In this document: piece after piece, positions 15,087 through 20,000 of the stretch | How positions within the stretch are numbered: position 1 is the stretch's first letter | Layout: the number at the start of each line of letters is the position of its first letter | IMG/VR virus record: IMGVR_UViG_3300044715_001089 | Length of the DNA stretch: 20,000 bases | Reading direction: 5' to 3' (one strand) | From: an uncultured virus (IMG/VR IMGVR_UViG_3300044715_001089) | Lineage: Duplodnaviria > Heunggongvirae > Uroviricota > Caudoviricetes | The notes under the pieces: generated by a model | The model's database searches: none | Seen by the model: the letters and a program-made list of their open reading frames with translations, nothing else | What the model was told of the DNA's origin: nothing | Made by a program: the position numbers and the translations under genes

Positions 15087-15273
15087 AGTCTATTCCTTAA
15101 TAATAATCTTTTGAAAACAGGAAGCAATAGATAAAAAAAGGCCTCATATCTAACCATAACTTTAAAACAAAGAAGTAGATTTTTAGTTTACTTATTCGCT
15201 CTTAACAAAGCAAATGGTTAGCATGAAGCCGATTTATCGAGATTACTGCGCTGTTATCAATTGTTGATAACCT

Positions 15274-15498
15274 CTATATAGTACCCTCGTTATTTAAAAA
15301 GAGGGTGTTTTGTGAGGAATTAATTTTAAAAGTACCACGCTTAACTGACTCAAAGCGTGATGCATTTGAACGAATAAAAGTGTATACTGTTTGAATGGTA
15401 GTTTCTACTGCATCAGCAATCTGCTGAGGAGTAACTTCACTACCAATGTTCTGGTCAAGGTATTGTGTTATGAGTTGAGTTTTATTTCTCTTTTGCAT
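15274..15498 (-). CDS. winged-helix DNA-binding protein
   Basis: VTPQQIADAVETTIQTVYTFIR (HTH) followed by FESVKRGTFKI (wing); AAGGA SD. Confidence 0.7.
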   Translation of the reverse strand: MQKRNKTQLITQYLDQNIGSEVTPQQIADAVETTIQTVYTFIRSNASRFESVKRGTFKINSSQNTLFLNNEGTI

Positions 15499-15686
15499 TG
15501 TGGTTTCCTTTCCCGTTAACGGGGATTGTTTATGGATTTTTATTCATATAAAGGTATATAAATAATTGTGTTACATAGGAATAGTTTAGCAAATAAAGTT
15601 GATAAAATCAAGAACATCATTACAAATAATATAATATATATAGTGATGATGTCCTCGAAGGTATATAAAATCAATGGTCTAACAAA

Positions 15687-15971
15687 TTAATCTTGACGTG
15701 GAGCTATCTTAGAGACTTGCATGAGAGCTTGAAAGAAAGTTATGATGGTTTCATGAACTTTGAAGTTAGCGTCCATTAATGAAGAAAGACTAACAACAGT
15801 ATCTTCTGGAAGTGTGTAAAGATCTAATTCAAGAATATAATTTTGGATAGTGCTAACATTTTCAGACAGCACTGACATCATAGACATGAGCTCAGCGTGG
15901 TTAGCCAAGAAGAATTTCTCAATGTCTGCAGGGTCTTGTAAGTTATAACTTGAGATATCAATATCAGCCAT
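15687..15971 (-). CDS. hypothetical acidic helical protein
   Basis: Start moved to ATG 15971 (GAGG SD); the ORF-track start lies inside the RNA stem. Confidence 0.65.
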   Translation of the reverse strand: MADIDISSYNLQDPADIEKFFLANHAELMSMMSVLSENVSTIQNYILELDLYTLPEDTVVSLSSLMDANFKVHETIITFFQALMQVSKIAPRQD

Positions 15972-15992
15972 ATTAGTTGGTGCCTCTCGTTT

Positions 15993-16121
15993 AAAAAAAA
16001 CCATAGTCAACTCTGCCATCTCTAGGACAGTGGTGATGGGGCACTGGGAGATTTTAATCTGAGCTAAGGAGGGTAAGTGCTCAAAGATTATTTCCTAGAG
16101 ACAGCAGAGCTGACTACAGTT
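15993..16121 (-). ncRNA. candidate sRNA with 28-bp closing stem, two C-rich loops and U8 tail
   Basis: 16093-16120 pairs with 16000-16027 without interruption, using five G-U pairs that exist only on the minus strand; loops are ACUUACCCUCCUUA and CCCCAUCAC. Confidence 0.7.
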
Positions 16122-16143
16122 CGTTGTTTTTTATGGTAGCGGA

Positions 16144-16159
16144 TGTTTCACGTGGAACA
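16144..16159. promoter_or_regulatory. parS: parS-like palindrome
   Basis: TGTTTCACGTGGAACA, reverse complement TGTTCCACGTGAAACA, fits the chromosomal consensus TGTTNCACGTGAAACA; intergenic. Confidence 0.75.
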
Positions 16160-16202
16160 TTGTAAGTTGGTGTTAACCCTCGTACGCGTTCGCCCGCGTG
16201 AG

Positions 16203-16247
16203 AAAAAAAACCCCCAGAATACTAGCAACGTGCTAATACTCTGGGGG
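16203..16247 (-). terminator. Rho-independent terminator of the polymerase-like gene
   Basis: CCCCCAGAGTATTAGCA-CGT-TGCTAGTATTCTGGGGG followed by T8, about 12 nt after the stop codon. Confidence 0.9.
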
Positions 16248-16258
16248 TTCATAAACTG

Positions 16259-18802
16259 TTAAGCAGTTTTCTTTGCGTTGGTAAACACAATAGGGCTAAT
16301 CTTACCACGGAATCTTTGGTATTCAATGGCTTCATCAAAGGTATGATAACTGCCATCTTCATCGATGCCAATCCATTCAGATGTCTTGCTCTGCATTACT
16401 CGGACTGTGCCATCTTTGTTTCTAATGAAAGAAACTACGTTAGCCAATCCATAATATTGGAGTGCTCGTTCAAGGAACGGAAAGACATGTCGATTGAATA
16501 CGATTTGGTCACTTACTTTACCATTTGAAGTTGGGTGCTTCAAGCTGGCAGAATAGAGACCAAGTACTAGATCGTGTCGATCAGACTCATTGTCATGTAG
16601 TTCAATCTTATCAACGATTGATTGATACAGGAAGTCCCAGCTACTGCTGTCAAGATAACCACTAGATTCATTCATGTCTGATTGATTCAAGTTGTAAATA
16701 TCTTTACGGAATTGTTTTAAGATAGGAATAGCATTGAAGCTCAAGCGATAGCCAATCTTATGAATAACTTCATCAGGTTGACAGTTCTTTTGAGCCCATT
16801 CGGTAATCATCTTTACATACTCACGATATTTAGTTTTCGTGATCATATTAAGCTGAGTGATTTTACCTTCGTGCTTTTCTACAAATTGGCCTGGCTTGAG
16901 ATAGTAGTCAAACTTCTTAGCATCCCATAATGAACGGTCTACTGGAAGTCCAGAACTAATAACTTCATCAACCAATACTTTAGCTTCAAGCTCAATCGCT
17001 TCACGGTCAGCTGGTTCGTTTGTCTGAGTGCAACCGTCGATTGCATCTTCCAAACTACACAGTTGAAGTGGACGATGAGAATGGAACACAGAAGTATGTA
17101 GCATTACAGCATTGACGAAACCGCCAACGCCTCCACCTGTCATACTAGATCGGATATCATTAAAGACATCTTGTCTAGTATAGGTTTCAGTACGTTCAGC
17201 TTTAGGAGCAGTAGAAGAAGGAAGTCCTACATAGCTAACTTTCCCTGCGTGAATGGCGGTAGATAGGCGCATAGGCCAACCACGTCCAGAACACTCAGGA
17301 AACTTAACTTGAGTACCGTCACTGGTCAACCAAGTTGGAGACCATTGTCCTTCTACATATCTAAATACAGAGTACTCACCAAGACCATTTGGAGATCGAC
17401 GTGCAAAGACAACCTTTTCTTTATCATATTGTCCACCAACTGGAGTCCTATAGAATAAACCAAAGAAGTCGTCACCGTCGCAGCCACCATGGCTCTCATA
17501 CATCTCAATCCAATCGAGATCATTAACTACGTGTACACCAAGGTCATTGATGCGTTGAATAGTTCCTTCTTCGACTTCTACATCATAACCAGATAAGCGA
17601 GCCATAGACTCGCTAATAATCTGTTCAGATACAGAACAAGGGATTGGGATACGTTCTTGAAGGGGTTTAGCATGGCTAGTAGCAAGGGTCTGGAATAACC
17701 AAGGGGAATCAGTTACCTTCATCCCCATTGCTTTCCAGCGATAACCTTGATATTGAAACCGTGCATAAGACTCTTCATCTTCAAGGTTAGTATCATCACG
17801 GAAAGAACGTTGGTATACATTCTTCCAGTTCATCAAAAGCTTATTGTTGATGGCATCGTTGAAGAGTTTCTTATATTCCTCGTCTAGCCAATATTCCATA
17901 TCACTCTTGGTAAAGAGTTGTGGCATATTAATAAGAGTTTGATCGTCCGTACGGACTTTGGACTTAGGTCCTTGAGGCTCAGCAATGAGTTGATAGCCTT
18001 CAGAATATGAGATCTCTGTCTTGACATTTCCATGCCAAGTCAATACATCTACACCTTCAGGAAGTTTATCGGTAACAAAGCAGTTGCCTTTAAGCTGACC
18101 CATTGGTCCAGTAAGTCTAATATTAAATACTTTAGCATTATATAGATTACGGATGCAATCCATACGCATAGTAGGATTAAGATAGTACTCACCTGGATCC
18201 TCGTTTTCAGCGGGATCAAAGATAGGTAGGTTATCAATACCTTTATGGATCAATCGTGGATGGATAGCAAAGCCACCGTCTAAGAGTCGATCCCAAACTT
18301 CAGGATTTTGATAAAATTCTTGATAGTCTTCAGCATCTATAAGCCAATAGCCTTCTTCATCGCTATCGAAATAGCGACTAAAGTCGCCGGCTTCACAATA
18401 GCGTATTTTGATTTCATCAAGATCAAAGTGAGCATTGATTAAAGTAGGTCGATGGAGAGTCTTCAACCGCTTAGCAGTCTTGCCTCCACCGTGGACAGTA
18501 TAACCCATATCAGTAAAGATACTAAGCCATTCAGTATTGTTGCCAATTTGACAGATAACAATTTTGTTCTTGTCAACTAGAGCATACTGAATAGAAGGAT
18601 CATTAATGATTTGTTGAATTTGGGTAAATTCATGTTCGTTTTGTGGGATAGGCAAAGAGCCTACCCGATAGAATGATTCGCCAGAATATTGTAATGCCTG
18701 GCGAAGGTGAGATATATCGTAGAAACCTACTTGATATCCACCTGTAGAGCGAATAGGTCCATCAGCATAGCAGATAGTTCTTGTTTTGGGGTTAATGGCC
18801 AA
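16259..18802 (-). CDS. putative single-subunit two-barrel RNA polymerase (YonO/cellular RdRP-like), atypical active site
   Basis: 847 aa; motifs LLDGGFAI, FNIRL...LKG, HGGCDGDDFF, VFARRSPNGLGEY, VGGFVN and EDAIDG; AAGGAGG SD. Confidence 0.6.
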   Translation of the reverse strand: MAINPKTRTICYADGPIRSTGGYQVGFYDISHLRQALQYSGESFYRVGSLPIPQNEHEFTQIQQIINDPSIQYALVDKNKIVICQIGNNTEWLSIFTDMGYTVHGGGKTAKRLKTLHRPTLINAHFDLDEIKIRYCEAGDFSRYFDSDEEGYWLIDAEDYQEFYQNPEVWDRLLDGGFAIHPRLIHKGIDNLPIFDPAENEDPGEYYLNPTMRMDCIRNLYNAKVFNIRLTGPMGQLKGNCFVTDKLPEGVDVLTWHGNVKTEISYSEGYQLIAEPQGPKSKVRTDDQTLINMPQLFTKSDMEYWLDEEYKKLFNDAINNKLLMNWKNVYQRSFRDDTNLEDEESYARFQYQGYRWKAMGMKVTDSPWLFQTLATSHAKPLQERIPIPCSVSEQIISESMARLSGYDVEVEEGTIQRINDLGVHVVNDLDWIEMYESHGGCDGDDFFGLFYRTPVGGQYDKEKVVFARRSPNGLGEYSVFRYVEGQWSPTWLTSDGTQVKFPECSGRGWPMRLSTAIHAGKVSYVGLPSSTAPKAERTETYTRQDVFNDIRSSMTGGGVGGFVNAVMLHTSVFHSHRPLQLCSLEDAIDGCTQTNEPADREAIELEAKVLVDEVISSGLPVDRSLWDAKKFDYYLKPGQFVEKHEGKITQLNMITKTKYREYVKMITEWAQKNCQPDEVIHKIGYRLSFNAIPILKQFRKDIYNLNQSDMNESSGYLDSSSWDFLYQSIVDKIELHDNESDRHDLVLGLYSASLKHPTSNGKVSDQIVFNRHVFPFLERALQYYGLANVVSFIRNKDGTVRVMQSKTSEWIGIDEDGSYHTFDEAIEYQRFRGKISPIVFTNAKKTA

Positions 18803-18883
18803 AATCCCTCCTTAAGAGATTGTGTAATTATAATTATATTTTTGTATGTCTTTGCATAAACATAAAAAAGTATGATGGGGGGT

Positions 18884-18921
18884 GTAAGTGGGAGTATACA
18901 TTTCTGCATACTCCCACCTAC
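18884..18921 (-). terminator. 17-bp GAAA-tetraloop hairpin (terminator or processing signal)
   Basis: GTAGGTGGGAGTATGCA-GAAA-TGTATACTCCCACTTAC with G-U pairs on the minus strand; the U6 tract is displaced about 14 nt downstream. Confidence 0.6.
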
Positions 18922-18945
18922 GGTAGGGCTTAGTTAGATGATTGC

Positions 18946-20000
18946 TTATTCCCAGGAAATTGGAGCTTCACCAGCAACAGCCGAAGCTGGTGCAGATGCA
19001 GTCGTATTACCTGAGGTATTAGCTTGCAATGAGTTTGTCCAAAGATCAACTGGCATTACTTTGTCGTTAACGACAACAGAGAAACGTCCGCAGTTAGCTT
19101 TGGTTGCATACCACTGGTCTTGAAGTTCAATAACAGAAGGATCTTTCTCGTCGATAACTTTACCTTGAGAAGAACCAGACCAAACGCTTGACCAGTTCTG
19201 AGAAATGCGCATCAAAGCATTTGCATGCTCTTCAACGGCTTTAATTTTCTCAGGAGACCATGCTTCTACAACAGAGTTTGTAGTGATATCGTTCTTCATA
19301 GCTGCTGAAGTCTTACGAAGATCTACAATACGCTTGTAGTTAGCTGTAATGGCATCTACGAAATCAAGGAAACCTTGACCTGTCTTAGATTCTTCGCGCT
19401 TTGCACGGCTAACTTCAAAGCCTACAATTGCAGGACCAGTAAGGTTCTTTGGCATTTCCCAAACTTCTTTAACTTTAGCAGGCAAGTTCTTAGTACCGAG
19501 ACCACTTACTGCACCAAGTGACTTGAATGAGTCACGAAGTTCGTTGTAGCTATCGATATTAGAGCCAAACTGTTGCCAGAAGAAGGTCATACCTGAGTTG
19601 AAACGGAAGCCAAGGCTTTCGAGTGTAGGCATGAATTCTTCCAATGTAACTTGGTTTTGAGCTGAAGCATTAGACATTGCAAGAAGAAGTTCTTGAAGGC
19701 TAATAATTTCAGTTCCAATCATTACTTCTACGTCCATTTGAACGTTGTTAAAGATACCTGATACTAATGGCTTTGTGCCATTTGCAGAAGTGTGATCTTC
19801 AACGCTAAGACGCTGGAGATTTGCAGATTTTAAGGTAACGAAACCAGGAAGCATGTTGCCATTAAAGGAAGCCTGAAATGGAACACGACGGCCAAGGATT
19901 AAGTTAGCTGTTTTTGGTGTGGACTGCAGTATTTCGGGTGAATCTACTGCAATTCCAAGTGAACCTTCTGGGTCGAAGGACTTAACAAGTGTATTTAGAA
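18946..20000 (-). CDS. hypothetical protein, 5' end outside the window
   Basis: The frame stays open from 19854 to the window edge (...LNTLVKSFDPEGSLGIAVD...FNGNMLPGF); low-complexity tail ends GEAPISWE. Confidence 0.8.
   Translation of the reverse strand, partial: LNTLVKSFDPEGSLGIAVDSPEILQSTPKTANLILGRRVPFQASFNGNMLPGFVTLKSANLQRLSVEDHTSANGTKPLVSGIFNNVQMDVEVMIGTEIISLQELLLAMSNASAQNQVTLEEFMPTLESLGFRFNSGMTFFWQQFGSNIDSYNELRDSFKSLGAVSGLGTKNLPAKVKEVWEMPKNLTGPAIVGFEVSRAKREESKTGQGFLDFVDAITANYKRIVDLRKTSAAMKNDITTNSVVEAWSPEKIKAVEEHANALMRISQNWSSVWSGSSQGKVIDEKDPSVIELQDQWYATKANCGRFSVVVNDKVMPVDLWTNSLQANTSGNTTASAPASAVAGEAPISWE

Noticed and set aside
15614..15652. ACATCATTAC/GTGATGATGT inverted repeat around an AT-rich loop
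   Set aside because: It is a single imperfect hairpin in very AT-rich DNA with no further support.
12098..16258. TIGR or CRISPR array near the TasA-like gene
   Set aside because: No 18/36-nt periodic repeats or direct repeat-spacer units were seen in any intergenic region. Isolated CCA-N9-TG matches (for example 3878-3891) are not periodic.
9619..18909. Alternative-frame minus-strand ORFs 9619-9804, 9895-10086, 18049-18237 and 18727-18909
   Set aside because: They are nested in or overlap the helicase or polymerase-like CDS, and have no independent support.
1278..19123. All plus-strand ORFs in the track (1278, 4783, 7474, 8349, 10080, 12443, 14028, 14398, 16316, 18938)
   Set aside because: Each is antisense to a well-supported minus-strand gene and has no recognisable motif; they are shadow ORFs.

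Overview
This window looks like a 20 kb segment of a large, AT-rich dsDNA phage. All supported genes are on the minus strand and tightly packed, most are small hypotheticals, and there are no housekeeping operons. The host is very likely an actinobacterium, based on a WhiB-like ORF (partial, missed by the ORF track), an Rpf-type transglycosylase, a DUF732-like membrane protein and a parS palindrome of the type used on actinobacterial and Bacillus chromosomes. Recognisable genes include three canonical tRNAs (Ile2-CAT, Lys-TTT, Leu-TAA), a cold-shock protein, a full-length cytochrome P450, a secreted S8 protease, an SF2 helicase and a dual Rpf+SLT lytic transglycosylase. The most unusual elements are: (1) a tRNA-like RNA with a UAU anticodon whose D-arm appears topologically permuted; (2) an 847-aa YonO/RdRP-like two-barrel polymerase candidate with a GGCDGDD loop and the R-x-P strand placed after it; (3) a nuclease-less IS110/Nop-domain (TasA-like) protein with no visible TIGR array; (4) many structured intergenic RNAs, including a tandem covarying pair, a 28-bp-stem RNA displaying an anti-Shine-Dalgarno loop, and a kissing-loop terminator. 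All calls come from reading the sequence by eye; no searches or folding programs were run.
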